Shown here: one piece after another, positions 19,799 through 30,062 of the stretch | Position numbering within the stretch: position 1 is the first letter of the stretch | Layout: the number at the start of each line of letters is the position of its first letter | Source: Acidobacteriota bacterium | GTDB lineage: Bacteria > Acidobacteriota > UBA6911 | Length of the DNA stretch: 64,000 bases | Direction: 5' to 3' | Assembly (NCBI GenBank): GCA_963664705.1 | Contig: OY761556.1 | Span: 832,001-896,000 of the forward strand | Made by a program: the position numbers and the translations under genes | Notes under the pieces: model-generated | The model's input: only the letters and a program-made list of their open reading frames with translations | Told to the model about the DNA's origin: nothing | Database searches by the model: none

Positions 19799-20122
19799 CT
19801 AGGCAATTTCGATCAGGATCTGGTCTTTTGCCACTTTATCGCCTTTTCTTACGCGGATATGTTTGACAACGCCATCCTGCGCGGCTTTGAGGCTATTGAG
19901 CATTTTCATGGCTTCAAGAATCAAGACGGTTTCCCCTTGTCGCACCGGCTTGCCGTTTTCAACGTTGATTTGCGCAATTACCCCCGGAATAGCCGCGCGG
20001 ATAATCCGGGGATCTTTTTTTTGAAAGCGCTTGCGCATTCCGAATTTTCGGGTCAAGCGGGTTTCGAATACGCCGTTTTCCAACCCGATCTGCATGAACT
20101 TATCGTGATCGCTCACAGTCAA
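19799..20122 (-). CDS. biotin carboxyl carrier protein
   Basis: LEAMKM biotinylation motif; RBS AGGAG (start may be GTG at 20116). Confidence 0.92.
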   Translation of the reverse strand: MTVSDHDKFMQIGLENGVFETRLTRKFGMRKRFQKKDPRIIRAAIPGVIAQINVENGKPVRQGETVLILEAMKMLNSLKAAQDGVVKHIRVRKGDKVAKDQILIEIA

Positions 20123-20126
20123 TCTC

Positions 20127-21671
20127 CTAGAATGGCGGAATTCCGTGCTTGCGCGTCGGACGGCTTTCCTCTTTGTTGCGCGTCATTTTCAAAGCGTGGG
20201 TAATATAGGCCCGTGTTTCCTCCGGCGCGATCACCGCATCTACGTAACCGCTGGAGGCTGCGACGTACGGATTGGCGAATTTGTCGGAGTATTCCTTGAC
20301 CTTGAGCTTGCGCATCTCTTCCGGGTGCTTTGCGGACATTATTTCGCTGCGGAAGATTATATTGGCGGCGCCTTCCGGACCCATGACCGCAATCTCGGCT
20401 ATGGGCCATGCAAAAACGAAGTCCGCGCGAAGATGATGCGAGCACATCGCGATATAGCCGCCGCCATAGGCTTTGCGCAGAATCAGGGTAATTTTCGGCA
20501 CGGTGGCTTCGCTATAGGCATATAAAACCTTGGCGCCGTGGCGGATAACACCGGCGTGTTCCTGATCGGATCCCGGCAGATATCCCGGGATGTCCACCAG
20601 CGTGAGCAGCGGTATATTGAAAGAATCGCAGAAACGGATAAAGCGCGCGATCTTGTCGGACGCGTCCACATCCAGCACGCCCGCGAGCACCAATGCCTGG
20701 TTTCCGATGATTCCAACGCTCTGACCATCGATGCGACCAAATCCGATCACCGCGTTGGGCGCGAACATTTCCTGAACTTCAAAGAATTCGGAATTGTCCA
20801 CGAGCGCGCGCACGATGTCTCTGACATCGAAGGGAACCTTGGAGTCCTTCGGGATCAAGGTTTCGATTTTAAATGTTTCGTGCGGGATCTTGGGCTCGGC
20901 GTCGGGAGCTTTTTCGCGGTTGCTGTTGGGCAGATAGCTGAACAGTTTGCGGATCTGCTCAAAGCACTCCCTTTCACTCCTGGCAAAGAAGTGGGCATTG
21001 CCTGCCAGTTCGGCCTGAACACGGGCTCCGCCGAGATCTTCCATTGAAATCTCTTCGCCAAGCACCGTCTTTACCACTTCCGGGCCGGTAATAAACATTT
21101 TGGAAATCTGGTCGACGACAAAAACGAAATCGGTAAGGGCTGGCGAGTAGACGGCTCCTCCGGCGCATGGGCCCAGGATAACCGAGATCTGTGGAACTAC
21201 TCCGGAAGCCAGGGTGTTGCGATAGAAAATTTCTCCATAGCCGGCGAGTGAATTAACGCCTTCCTGGATCCGCGCTCCCCCCGAATCGTTGATTCCGATG
21301 ACCGGGATTCCCATCTTGACGGCATGATCCATGATCTTTGTGATTTTGCGCGCATGCATCAATCCCAGCGACCCGCCGGCAACGGTGAAGTCCTGTGCGT
21401 AAATACAAATCGGCCGGCCGCCAATGGTCCCGGAGCCGGTAATAACACCGTCGGCCGCCAGTTCCTTATTGTCCATGCCGAAATCGCGGCAGTTGTGTTC
21501 TACGAAAAGGTCGTATTCGTGAAAGGAGCCCGGATCGAGCAGCGCGGCAATTCTTTCTCGCGCCGTCATTTTCCCGACAGCCTTCTGTTTGCTGATGGCC
21601 TGCTCGCCACCGCCTTTGGAGATATTTGATTTCTTCGTGAAGAAATCGACGATCCTTTGCATGACAGACAT
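20127..21671 (-). CDS. acyl-CoA carboxylase carboxyltransferase subunit (PccB/MmdA/transcarboxylase 12S family)
   Basis: MTARERI, DSGGARIQEG, GPCAGGAVYSP, RKAYGGGY, RKHGIPPF; start moved to MSVMQR. Confidence 0.93.
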   Translation of the reverse strand: MSVMQRIVDFFTKKSNISKGGGEQAISKQKAVGKMTARERIAALLDPGSFHEYDLFVEHNCRDFGMDNKELAADGVITGSGTIGGRPICIYAQDFTVAGGSLGLMHARKITKIMDHAVKMGIPVIGINDSGGARIQEGVNSLAGYGEIFYRNTLASGVVPQISVILGPCAGGAVYSPALTDFVFVVDQISKMFITGPEVVKTVLGEEISMEDLGGARVQAELAGNAHFFARSERECFEQIRKLFSYLPNSNREKAPDAEPKIPHETFKIETLIPKDSKVPFDVRDIVRALVDNSEFFEVQEMFAPNAVIGFGRIDGQSVGIIGNQALVLAGVLDVDASDKIARFIRFCDSFNIPLLTLVDIPGYLPGSDQEHAGVIRHGAKVLYAYSEATVPKITLILRKAYGGGYIAMCSHHLRADFVFAWPIAEIAVMGPEGAANIIFRSEIMSAKHPEEMRKLKVKEYSDKFANPYVAASSGYVDAVIAPEETRAYITHALKMTRNKEESRPTRKHGIPPF

Positions 21672-21810
21672 AATTGCCCCTCGGTCTCCTAGCCAAAAAG
21701 TCGCATCAGTACGCAGAGAAGATGCGAGTTTAGCAGAAAAAAGCCGTCTGGGAAGCTGCAATTTAGGTGGATGCCAATCGCGATTCCCGAACCGCCTGGC
21801 TGCTCACCCC

Positions 21811-22809
21811 CTACTGTCCTCCGCCTTCCGCAACATAGACCTGTGGATTGACGCAATTTGGCAGGCGCTCCCGCTTCAACCCGGCGATCAGGTTTTCCGC
21901 GGCCATGCTTGCCATCTTGTTGCGGGTTTGAAAGCTTGCGCTCGCAATGTGAGGCGCAACGATGATGTTGTCCAGCGACAACAACGGGTCGTTTGCGCGG
22001 ATAGGTTCGGGTTCTGTTACATCCAGCGCGGCGTAGGCGATGGTGCCAGCAGATAGCGCGTGGTAGAGGGCCACGGGGTCGACGATTGGCCCGCGCGCGG
22101 TGTTGATCAGGATGCTGCTTGGTTTCATCATCCTCAGGCGGGTTTCATTGATGAGATGGTGCGTTTGCTCGGAAAGTACCGTGTGCAGCGAAACAAAATC
22201 GGATTCTTGAAGCAGGGTATCCAGGTCGGCATATTGTGCACCAAGCTGCTGCTCCGCGTCGGGCTGGCGCTTCCTGTCAAAATACAGAATGCGCATATCG
22301 AAGCCGCGGGCACGGCGTGCCACAGCCTGCCCGATCCGTCCAAACCCGATAAGGCCCAAAGTAGCGCCCGTTATATCGGGTCCGAGAAAATCGACCGGCC
22401 CCCACGTTTTCCATTTGCCGGCCCGTGTGAATTTATCCCCCTCCACAACTCGGCGCGCTGCCGCCATCAGGAGTGTCCACGCAAAATCAGCCGTAGTGTC
22501 GGTGAGAACGCCGGGCGTATTTCCGACTGGAATGCCTTTCTCGGTGGCCGCGGTCACGTCTATGTTGTCAAAGCCCACAGCCATCTGGCTGATGACCCTT
22601 ATTTGCGGGCCGATGGAGTCCATAAGGGCCGCATCGATCCTGTCGGTCAGCAGGCATAAAAGCGCGTCGACGCCCTTTGCCTTTTTCAGTAAAACTTCGT
22701 GCGGCGGCGGGAGCGCATCGGGCCAGATCTCGATATCCGCTTCCTTCCGGATCATTTCAAGTCCCACTGCCGGGATGATGCGAGTAACAAAAACTTTGGA
22801 CTTTGCCAT
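21811..22809 (-). CDS. D-2-hydroxyacid dehydrogenase (glyoxylate/hydroxypyruvate reductase-like)
   Basis: AVGFDNID, GNTPGVLT, GFGRIG, INTARG, LDVTEPEP, PHIASAS. Confidence 0.92.
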   Translation of the reverse strand: MAKSKVFVTRIIPAVGLEMIRKEADIEIWPDALPPPHEVLLKKAKGVDALLCLLTDRIDAALMDSIGPQIRVISQMAVGFDNIDVTAATEKGIPVGNTPGVLTDTTADFAWTLLMAAARRVVEGDKFTRAGKWKTWGPVDFLGPDITGATLGLIGFGRIGQAVARRARGFDMRILYFDRKRQPDAEQQLGAQYADLDTLLQESDFVSLHTVLSEQTHHLINETRLRMMKPSSILINTARGPIVDPVALYHALSAGTIAYAALDVTEPEPIRANDPLLSLDNIIVAPHIASASFQTRNKMASMAAENLIAGLKRERLPNCVNPQVYVAEGGGQ

Positions 22810-22840
22810 GGATATTCCTGGGAATGGTTTTGGATTCTCG

Positions 22841-22871
22841 GCAACTGGGAGTGTCCGGCACTCCCAGTTGC
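22841..22871. repeat. perfect 13-bp intergenic palindrome
   Basis: GCAACTGGGAGTG-TCCGG-CACTCCCAGTTGC between two minus-strand genes. Confidence 0.6.
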
Positions 22872-22938
22872 GCAGAATTTCATCGGGGGACAATTCCCGG
22901 GTTGGGGATGTCTCTCCGACCAATATCAGACAGCAGCG

Positions 22939-23955
22939 TTATTGAATACCTTTTACCCACTCGAGGTTCTCTTTGATCAGGTTCGGTATGGGCAGGTCGT
23001 AGGGGCATCGCTCCATGCAGTCGCCGCACTCCGTGCATCCCAACGCTTTTTGCAGTGTGTTTGCGAGCATCGGAGATTTCAGGATAGCCGGACCGCCCCG
23101 CTTCACGAGCGATTTCACTCCCATCATGAATTGTATTGGAATTTCGACCGTGCAGGGCAGGCAGTAGTCGCAGCGGCGGCAGAATTTATTTTCGTATTCC
23201 TTGCTGACCTCAGCAATCAGACTCATTTCTTCCTGGGTCAAGACATAATCGCTCTCAAAAACAGACCAGTTCTGATCTATGCGCTGTTTGTCTTCAACCC
23301 CTGCAAGAACCAGGATGTTCTGATACGCAAAAATCCACTTTAGCGCGGCCGAAGCAGATTCAATGACTCCACCGGAAAAGGGCTTCATGGCCAGAATCCC
23401 CACCTGCTTGTCAATTGCCTTGGGTATGACTTTCTCCCGGGCAGCCGGCTCAAGAAAACTGAAGCAGACCATGATGGTTTCGAATAAACCATCATCGAGT
23501 ATCTGTTCCAAGAGATCAAGACTATGGCTGGTAATCCCGATATGGCCTATCAATCCCTCCTCTTTTGCCTTCTGAAGACCGTAAAGTGCACCTCCCGGCG
23601 CGGTGATCCGGAGGTATTCCTCTTTGCTGCTGATCCCGTGGCACTGGTAGATATCAATGTAATCCCGCTGGAGTTCCTTTAGGCTGATCTCCACATCTTT
23701 CCGGATGCTGTCGGCGGTGCGGCCGAAGGATTTTGTGGCCAGGGCCGCTTTTTTGTCCGTTTCCTTCAAAGCTTTGCCTATCCTTGTTTCGCTGGTCGTA
23801 TACATCCTGGAGGTGTCGATAAAGTCCATCCCCTTTTCGAGCGCATACTTAACGACCTCGATGGCTTCCGGCTCGCTGACCCTTTGAATCGGAATGCCGC
23901 CAAATCCAAACCTTGTGACTTCGATTCCTGTTTTTCCCAAAACTATTTTCTTCAT
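22939..23955 (-). CDS. aldo/keto reductase with C-terminal 4Fe-4S domain
   Basis: GFGGIPIQR, DTSRMY, ATK, DIYQCH, MKPFSGG; CRRCDYCLPC and CTECGDCMERCP. Confidence 0.9.
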   Translation of the reverse strand: MKKIVLGKTGIEVTRFGFGGIPIQRVSEPEAIEVVKYALEKGMDFIDTSRMYTTSETRIGKALKETDKKAALATKSFGRTADSIRKDVEISLKELQRDYIDIYQCHGISSKEEYLRITAPGGALYGLQKAKEEGLIGHIGITSHSLDLLEQILDDGLFETIMVCFSFLEPAAREKVIPKAIDKQVGILAMKPFSGGVIESASAALKWIFAYQNILVLAGVEDKQRIDQNWSVFESDYVLTQEEMSLIAEVSKEYENKFCRRCDYCLPCTVEIPIQFMMGVKSLVKRGGPAILKSPMLANTLQKALGCTECGDCMERCPYDLPIPNLIKENLEWVKGIQ

Positions 23956-24438
23956 GTGTCTGACCTCGAATGCAGGATAGCTTACTCCTGAACCTTGTTC
24001 CAAGAAACCAACAAAAAAGCGGGACTGTCGGTGCGAGTACTTTCGAATCTATTCGTAGGAGGGGACTCCATTTGGTCATTGGTATTAAGAATCGTTTCCG
24101 ACATGGGCATAAAATGTGATAAAAAGATATGGGCAAATTGAGCAAAAGTCCGATGTCGGATGCTCGTGCGATTGTTGAATGCCGGCATCGGTTGATTCGT
24201 ATATGCCGCTGGAATGCCCCATAATGATGTATCTGTTTCGGAAGTTCAGCCAATGTCTGCGCCGCCGGGAGATTCCTCCGCGGCGGGTTTAGTGTGCTTG
24301 TGAGAATCCCGCTGGACCGAATTCAGGAATAGCAATTATTTACGGGGGCCAGTAGACCGATGCCGGAAGCGTTTTCCCCGGAGCCATCGGCGGTGGAAGC
24401 CCAGGGTTTTATAACATAAGAGTTAAGGGAGAAGTACG

Positions 24439-26091
24439 ATGATCGAAACAGAAATGGCCGATGCTTCACAGTCTGGTGGATCAAAGGTTATTAGCGCTGA
24501 CCAGGCAGCTGCTCTGATACAGGACGGCGTGACGCTGGCTGCCCCCATTATTGGTTTGGCCGGCTGGTCCGAGGAAATTGCGCAGGCGATTGCAAAACGT
24601 TATCGGGAAACGGGGCATCCGAAAGGCATCACATTGTTTTTGGGGTCCGCCGCCGGCAACCATAAAGACAAAGGGCCACAGACCATCGGGATCGAGGGAT
24701 TGGTTACCCGTTACATCGGCGCGCACATGCACGGATCCCCGGCCATTGGAAAGCTGATCCAGGAAAACAAGATGCTCATTTACTGTTTCCCCCAGGGCGT
24801 TGTGGTGCAGCTTCTGCGGGAAATTGCCGCGAAACGGCCGGGCATCATTACTAAAGTGGGGTTGGGCACGTTTGTTGATCCTCGGCAGGAGGGCGGCAAG
24901 CTCAACGATCTGACTCGCAATGAGCCTGACCTGAATGAGGTGGTGACTTTTAATGGCGAGGAGTACATCTGGTACAAGCCGGTACCCATCAATGTTGGTT
25001 TGATTCGTGGAACGCGGGCTGATGAGCGTGGAAACATAGCGATGGACAGGGAAGGAGCCAATCTCGAGGCTCTCCAGGTCGCGCAGGCTGCCAAGAATAG
25101 CGGCGGGATTGTCATTGCCCAGGTCGAGTATCTGGCGAAAGCCGGCACGCTTCACGCAAAGTCCATCCAGGTGCCAGGCGTGCTCGTCGACTATATCGTT
25201 GTTGCTAAGAATCCCCAGGAATGGCACATGCAGAGCGAAGGCATTTACTACCAGCCGGCGTTCAGCGGCGATGTGGTTATGCCCTTGGGCGCTCTCCCGA
25301 AACTTCCATTCGACGAACGTCTGTTCATTCTTCGCCGTGCAGCCATGGAGCTTACTCCCAATTCTGTTGTCAATCTGGGGATCGGTATTCCGGACCGGCT
25401 CGCGACGGTTGCGGCTCATGAGGGCGTGACCGATATGCTGACTCTCACCACCGAAGTCGGCGGTGTCGGTGGCGTGCCGGCAGGCTGGCCCAATTTTGGC
25501 ATGAGTTACAACGCAGAGGCTTTCGTTTGCCATCCCAATATGTTCGACTGGTACGATGGCGGTGGGATCGATCAGGCTTTCCTCGGGATGGGAGAAATCG
25601 ATCAGCACGGCAATGTCAATGTGAGCAAGTTCAACGGCAGGCCGATCGGATGCGGCGGATTTATCAACATCACCACTGCATCAAAGAAGGTTGTCTATTG
25701 CGGCACCTTTACGACAGAGGGCCTCAAAGTTACGGCCGAGGATGGCAAGGTCAAGATTTTGCAGGAAGGGAAAAAGCTCAAATTCATCGATCACGTGGAG
25801 CAAATTACCTTCAGCGGCAAATATGCGGCCAAGAACAAGAAGCCCATTCTCTATGTGACTGAGCGCGCGGTGTTCCAGTTGATTGATGGCGAAATCACTC
25901 TTGTGGAGATTGCTCCGGGAATCGATATCGAGAAAGATATTTTCGCGCACATGGAATTCAAGCCCAAGGTTGCGGCCAACCTGAAATCGATGCCGCCGGA
26001 GATTTTCTATCCGGAGTGGGGACGGCTCAAGCAGATTATTGAAGCCAAGCGTCAGGACGCGGCAGCCCAGGCTGCTGGAACAGCCAAGTAG
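24439..26091 (+). CDS. family I CoA-transferase, propionate CoA-transferase/YdiF type
   Basis: GLGTFVDPRQEGGK, VNLGIGIP, catalytic TTEVG, GNVNVSKF, GCGGFINIT, EQITFSG, YVTERAVF. Confidence 0.9.
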   Translation: MIETEMADASQSGGSKVISADQAAALIQDGVTLAAPIIGLAGWSEEIAQAIAKRYRETGHPKGITLFLGSAAGNHKDKGPQTIGIEGLVTRYIGAHMHGSPAIGKLIQENKMLIYCFPQGVVVQLLREIAAKRPGIITKVGLGTFVDPRQEGGKLNDLTRNEPDLNEVVTFNGEEYIWYKPVPINVGLIRGTRADERGNIAMDREGANLEALQVAQAAKNSGGIVIAQVEYLAKAGTLHAKSIQVPGVLVDYIVVAKNPQEWHMQSEGIYYQPAFSGDVVMPLGALPKLPFDERLFILRRAAMELTPNSVVNLGIGIPDRLATVAAHEGVTDMLTLTTEVGGVGGVPAGWPNFGMSYNAEAFVCHPNMFDWYDGGGIDQAFLGMGEIDQHGNVNVSKFNGRPIGCGGFINITTASKKVVYCGTFTTEGLKVTAEDGKVKILQEGKKLKFIDHVEQITFSGKYAAKNKKPILYVTERAVFQLIDGEITLVEIAPGIDIEKDIFAHMEFKPKVAANLKSMPPEIFYPEWGRLKQIIEAKRQDAAAQAAGTAK

Positions 26092-26106
26092 ATTTTTTCC
26101 GAAAGG

Positions 26107-26155
26107 GGCCGCCAATCCCGCATGGTTACGGAGTTGGCGGCCTGATTTTTTTTTT
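26107..26155 (+). terminator. rho-independent terminator
   Basis: GGCCGCCAA...TTGGCGGCC stem followed by T10 just after the CoA-transferase stop. Confidence 0.85.
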
Positions 26156-26375
26156 CGGACGTGTGATTCCGTTTGATATTGTAGGTGAATTTCAAAACTC
26201 CGGGATGACATTGACCATTTTTTGCTGTAATATTGGCAATGCGTTTCAACTACTAACAAAAAGAGAAACCGAAAAGACGTCTTTGTTGACGCTGCAGTTA
26301 CGAACACCGGATCGAACTCGCAGAGAAGCTTTCAGTCGTCAAAAACAACAATGACTTCATTGTAAAGGTGAAGCG

Positions 26376-27818
26376 ATGAGCTCTGTAAATATTGGCAGAT
26401 TAAAGGAAATAGTCGGAGAAGTGAATGTTCGGGATAACATAGCCGACCTGTATGTCTATGGTTCCGATTCTTCCGTCCACGAAGCAATGCCGAACGCCAT
26501 TGTCCGGCCGCAGAACACTGAACAGGTTCAGGAAATCATGCGGTACGCAAATGGTGAGAAAGTACCAATCATTCCGCGTGGGTCCGGTTCGGGTATGTGC
26601 GGCCAGGTAGTGCCGGTTCAAGGGGGCATTATCCTTGACATGAAGGGCATGAACCGAATCCTCGAAATTAACCCGCAAGATGGCTATTGCCGCGTAGAAC
26701 CGGGAGTCGTTGATGATGATCTGAATAGAGCGCTGAAACCATTCGGCGTATTCTATCCGCCGACCCCGGCGTCCAGCTGCGTGGCAACCATTGCCGGCGA
26801 AATCGCCAATAACGCTTCCGGCGGACGGTCAGTGAAATACGGCGCCGCCCGTGATGCGATCCTCTCCATGAAAGTTGTCATGCCGAATGGCGACCACCTT
26901 TCATTTGGATCCAGCACGCGTGTGGCTGCGTCCGGATATCCGCTGGAACGGCTCATGGTCGGATCGGAAGGAACGCTGGCCGTTATCACGGAAGCCTGCA
27001 TGCGCTTCGTGCCAATACCCAAGCTTCGTTGCCTGGGCATTGCCAAATTCAACCAACTCGGAGAAGCAGGAGATGCGATTTCCGATATCATGGGCAGCGG
27101 TTGCCAGCCTTCCATGTTGGAACTCATCGACAAGGTTGCGATCATCGCCGCGAACAAGGCTGCGAAGCTGGGATTGCCCGAAGTTGAGGCGATTCTTCTT
27201 TTCGAAGCGGACGGAATGACGAAAGACCTGATCGATGCCGAGATGGCCAAGATTCAGAAGATCTGCGAAAAGCATAACTGCTTCGGTATGGAGAGCAGCT
27301 ACGAGGAGAAGGAAAGAACGCGGATTTGGGCCGGACGCGCCAAATTGTTCCCGGCTCTTTCAAAATACGACGATCGCCTTGCCTCCACATCATTGGCTGA
27401 TGATATGGCAGTGCCATTCTCCAAAATGGCGGCAACAGCCGAGAAGATCCATGAAGTGGCCGAGAAACATGGGCTCGTAATGACTGCCTACGGGCACTGT
27501 GGTGCCGGTTGCATGCACACCAAGATATTGATGGATACTGACCGGGAGTTCCAATGGGAAGGCGCCCGGGATGCCGTTGCCGAGATTTATGATTTTGTTC
27601 GCTCGGTTGGCGGTACCACCTCTGCGGAACATGGCATCGGATTGTCCAAAGCCGCAGCGTTCAAGAGGGAAAAGCAACCCAGCCTTGAACTGATGCGTGC
27701 GATCAAGCGCGCGTTTGATCCCAACAATATTTTGAATCCTGGAAAACTCATGGACGGCCCGGACGATTGGGTCGAGGCGACAAATTTGCGGTATCAAGTT
27801 TCGAAGGCGGGAAATTAA
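26376..27818 (+). CDS. FAD-dependent 2-hydroxyacid (probably D-lactate) dehydrogenase, GlcD/LctD/Dld family
   Basis: IPRGSGSG, YPPTPAS, VKYG, GSEGTL, GHCGAGCMH, AEHGIG, FDPNNILNPGK. Confidence 0.88.
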   Translation: MSSVNIGRLKEIVGEVNVRDNIADLYVYGSDSSVHEAMPNAIVRPQNTEQVQEIMRYANGEKVPIIPRGSGSGMCGQVVPVQGGIILDMKGMNRILEINPQDGYCRVEPGVVDDDLNRALKPFGVFYPPTPASSCVATIAGEIANNASGGRSVKYGAARDAILSMKVVMPNGDHLSFGSSTRVAASGYPLERLMVGSEGTLAVITEACMRFVPIPKLRCLGIAKFNQLGEAGDAISDIMGSGCQPSMLELIDKVAIIAANKAAKLGLPEVEAILLFEADGMTKDLIDAEMAKIQKICEKHNCFGMESSYEEKERTRIWAGRAKLFPALSKYDDRLASTSLADDMAVPFSKMAATAEKIHEVAEKHGLVMTAYGHCGAGCMHTKILMDTDREFQWEGARDAVAEIYDFVRSVGGTTSAEHGIGLSKAAAFKREKQPSLELMRAIKRAFDPNNILNPGKLMDGPDDWVEATNLRYQVSKAGN

Positions 27819-28759
27819 TGAGAGACATCACCAAATTAGAAAAATGGAAGCTTGCGCTCAATAAGTGCATCCGTTGCGGTTACTGTTATGAACACTGCCC
27901 GATCTACAAATCCACACGGTGGGAAATTGATAGCCCTCGTGGCAAGCTGATTCTGCTCTACGGAATGCTCAGCGGAGAACTGGAGCCGTCCGATTACATC
28001 GCCACCAAGATTTTTGATTGCTTCCACTGCAACCGCTGCGTGAAGGCCTGTTCTTCCGGCGTGCCGCTACAGGATGTCTATAATGATTCCAGGTCGTTCT
28101 TCCTGGAAGCCGGGTACGACGTCGTCGGAACCACCTCCATGACCAAGCACGAAGATTGTGCGCGCTGTCTGAACTGCGTGCGCATGTGCAAACATGAAGC
28201 CCGGAAGTATGTGGACGGAAAGATTGTCACGGACCGTCTGAAATGCCAGAGCTGCGGCAGCTGTATCGATATCTGCCCGGCGCAGGGTGTCAGCATTCAG
28301 CACGGTTTTGGTACCAATCCGAACGAGCTTCTTGATGAGGTGCAAGCCTACTTCGGGAATCCGGAAAACAAAGATGCCAAGGCTATCGTGTTTTCCTGCG
28401 GATATTCCAGCTATCCGGGGCTTCAGACCGCGCAGTACGACAAGTTCGTGATCAGCAACGAATACAAGATCCTGGTGACCGCGTGCAGCGGACGCCTGAA
28501 ATCGAATACTGTTCTGGAAACAATGGAGCGTGGAGCCTGGGGCGTCCTGATCTGCTGCTGCCCGGAAGATGAATGCGAGCACGGCGGAAGTCCGCGAGTG
28601 AAGGCGCGCATGAAGGCCCTGACAAGCTCTCTCGAGAGACTCGACATCAACCCGAAGCGGCTGCAGGTGGTTGAAGTGCCGCCGGGGAATCCGGGGCAGT
28701 TTACCAACGCTACGAAGGCTTTCATGGAAGATATCCGAAGCATCGGGCCTTTAGTATAA
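27818..28759 (+). CDS. Fe-S chimera: HdrC/GlcF-like 2[4Fe-4S] + ferredoxin 2[4Fe-4S] + MvhD/FlpD [2Fe-2S] domain
   Basis: Four CxxCxxCxxxC motifs, then IVFSC...ACSGR...GVLICCCPEDEC...INPKRL (MvhD); TAATG overlap with upstream gene. Confidence 0.85.
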   Translation: MRDITKLEKWKLALNKCIRCGYCYEHCPIYKSTRWEIDSPRGKLILLYGMLSGELEPSDYIATKIFDCFHCNRCVKACSSGVPLQDVYNDSRSFFLEAGYDVVGTTSMTKHEDCARCLNCVRMCKHEARKYVDGKIVTDRLKCQSCGSCIDICPAQGVSIQHGFGTNPNELLDEVQAYFGNPENKDAKAIVFSCGYSSYPGLQTAQYDKFVISNEYKILVTACSGRLKSNTVLETMERGAWGVLICCCPEDECEHGGSPRVKARMKALTSSLERLDINPKRLQVVEVPPGNPGQFTNATKAFMEDIRSIGPLV

Positions 28760-28769
28760 GGAGTTGCCA

Positions 28770-30044
28770 ATGAAGCTAAGTGTTGCATACGGCAAAGATG
28801 GAAAGCTCGAGGCCGAAATCGACGAAAAGCGTGTTCTTGGGCTCATTGAACCCAATGAAGTCGAGATCGGCGATGAAACGGAAGTCATCCGGCAAGCGTT
28901 GGCGAGTCCCCACGGGTATGAAAGCCTGCGGGAATTCCTGAAGGATGCCCGGGATGTGCTGTTCATTGTGAATGACCCGACGCGGCCGACGCCAACGTCG
29001 CGCGTGCTTCAGTTGATTCAGGATGACATTGCCGGTCACAAGGTCAGTTTTATTGTGGCCACCGGAATCCACCGGAAGCCGACGGATGAAGAATACGTCC
29101 AGATATTCGGCGAGAAGCTTTATGCCAAATACAAGGATTGTATTTTCGTCCATGATGCCAGGAAGAGCGAGGATATGGTCTTCCTCGGAACGTCGAAAAA
29201 CGGCACCGAGATGAAGGTCAACAAGCTGGGCGTCGAAGCGCACAAAATCGTCATCATTACTTCGGTGGAACCCCACTATTTTGCGGGATACACCGGCGGG
29301 CGCAAGTCGTTCCTGCCCGGCATTGCTTCGTATGAAACGATCACGCAGAATCACAAGCTCGCGCTGAAACGTGAAGCCTGTGCGCTCAAGCTCGAGGGCA
29401 ATCCTGTTCATGAGGACATGATTGATGCCCTCAGCACGGTGAAGAAGGAAATTTTTGTAATCAATACGGTTCTGGACAAGAACCATCGTATTTATGCTGC
29501 CGCCGCCGGGGACATCTATAAGTCTTTTGAGGCAGCGGTTGCGAAGGCGAATGATGTATTTGTAGCCAAGATCCCGGAAAAAGCGGATATCGTCGTTTCT
29601 GTCGCTAAATTCCCTTCCGATATCGATCTCTATCAGGCTCAGAAGGGAATCGATAACGCGAAACATGCGTTGAAGGAAGGCGGCATCCTGATTTTGGTTT
29701 CAAAGTGCCGTACAGGCATTGGCGAGGATTCGTTCGTCAAGCTTTTAAGCTCTGCAAGTTCGCCGCAGGATGCTCTGGACCGCATCGAGAAGAAATTCGT
29801 TGTGGGCTACCATAAAGCGGCCAAGATGGCGGAAGTCGGGATTTGGGCACAAACCTGGGGCGTTACGGATCTCGATCCCAAACTGCTTGAAAGCATCTTC
29901 ATCAAGCCCTTTTCTTCGCTGCAGACGGCCCTGGATGCCGCTCTGGCGGAGAAAGGAAAAGATGCCAAAGTCCTGGTGTTGCTCGACGGCAGTCTGACCA
30001 TTCCGTTCGTGCAACAGCAGACAGCCTCAGGCAAGAACGCCTAG
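28770..30044 (+). CDS. larA: nickel-pincer nucleotide-dependent lactate racemase family protein
   Basis: NDPTRPTP, ATGIHR, EPHYFAGYTGGRKS, NH, DLYQAQK; RBS AAGGAG. Confidence 0.88.
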   Translation: MKLSVAYGKDGKLEAEIDEKRVLGLIEPNEVEIGDETEVIRQALASPHGYESLREFLKDARDVLFIVNDPTRPTPTSRVLQLIQDDIAGHKVSFIVATGIHRKPTDEEYVQIFGEKLYAKYKDCIFVHDARKSEDMVFLGTSKNGTEMKVNKLGVEAHKIVIITSVEPHYFAGYTGGRKSFLPGIASYETITQNHKLALKREACALKLEGNPVHEDMIDALSTVKKEIFVINTVLDKNHRIYAAAAGDIYKSFEAAVAKANDVFVAKIPEKADIVVSVAKFPSDIDLYQAQKGIDNAKHALKEGGILILVSKCRTGIGEDSFVKLLSSASSPQDALDRIEKKFVVGYHKAAKMAEVGIWAQTWGVTDLDPKLLESIFIKPFSSLQTALDAALAEKGKDAKVLVLLDGSLTIPFVQQQTASGKNA

Positions 30045-30062
30045 CAAATGGAGGAATAGATA

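Noticed and set aside
27818-28759. Selenocysteine in the MvhD domain
   Set aside because: ORF is open with Cys codons at all ligand positions; no in-frame TGA
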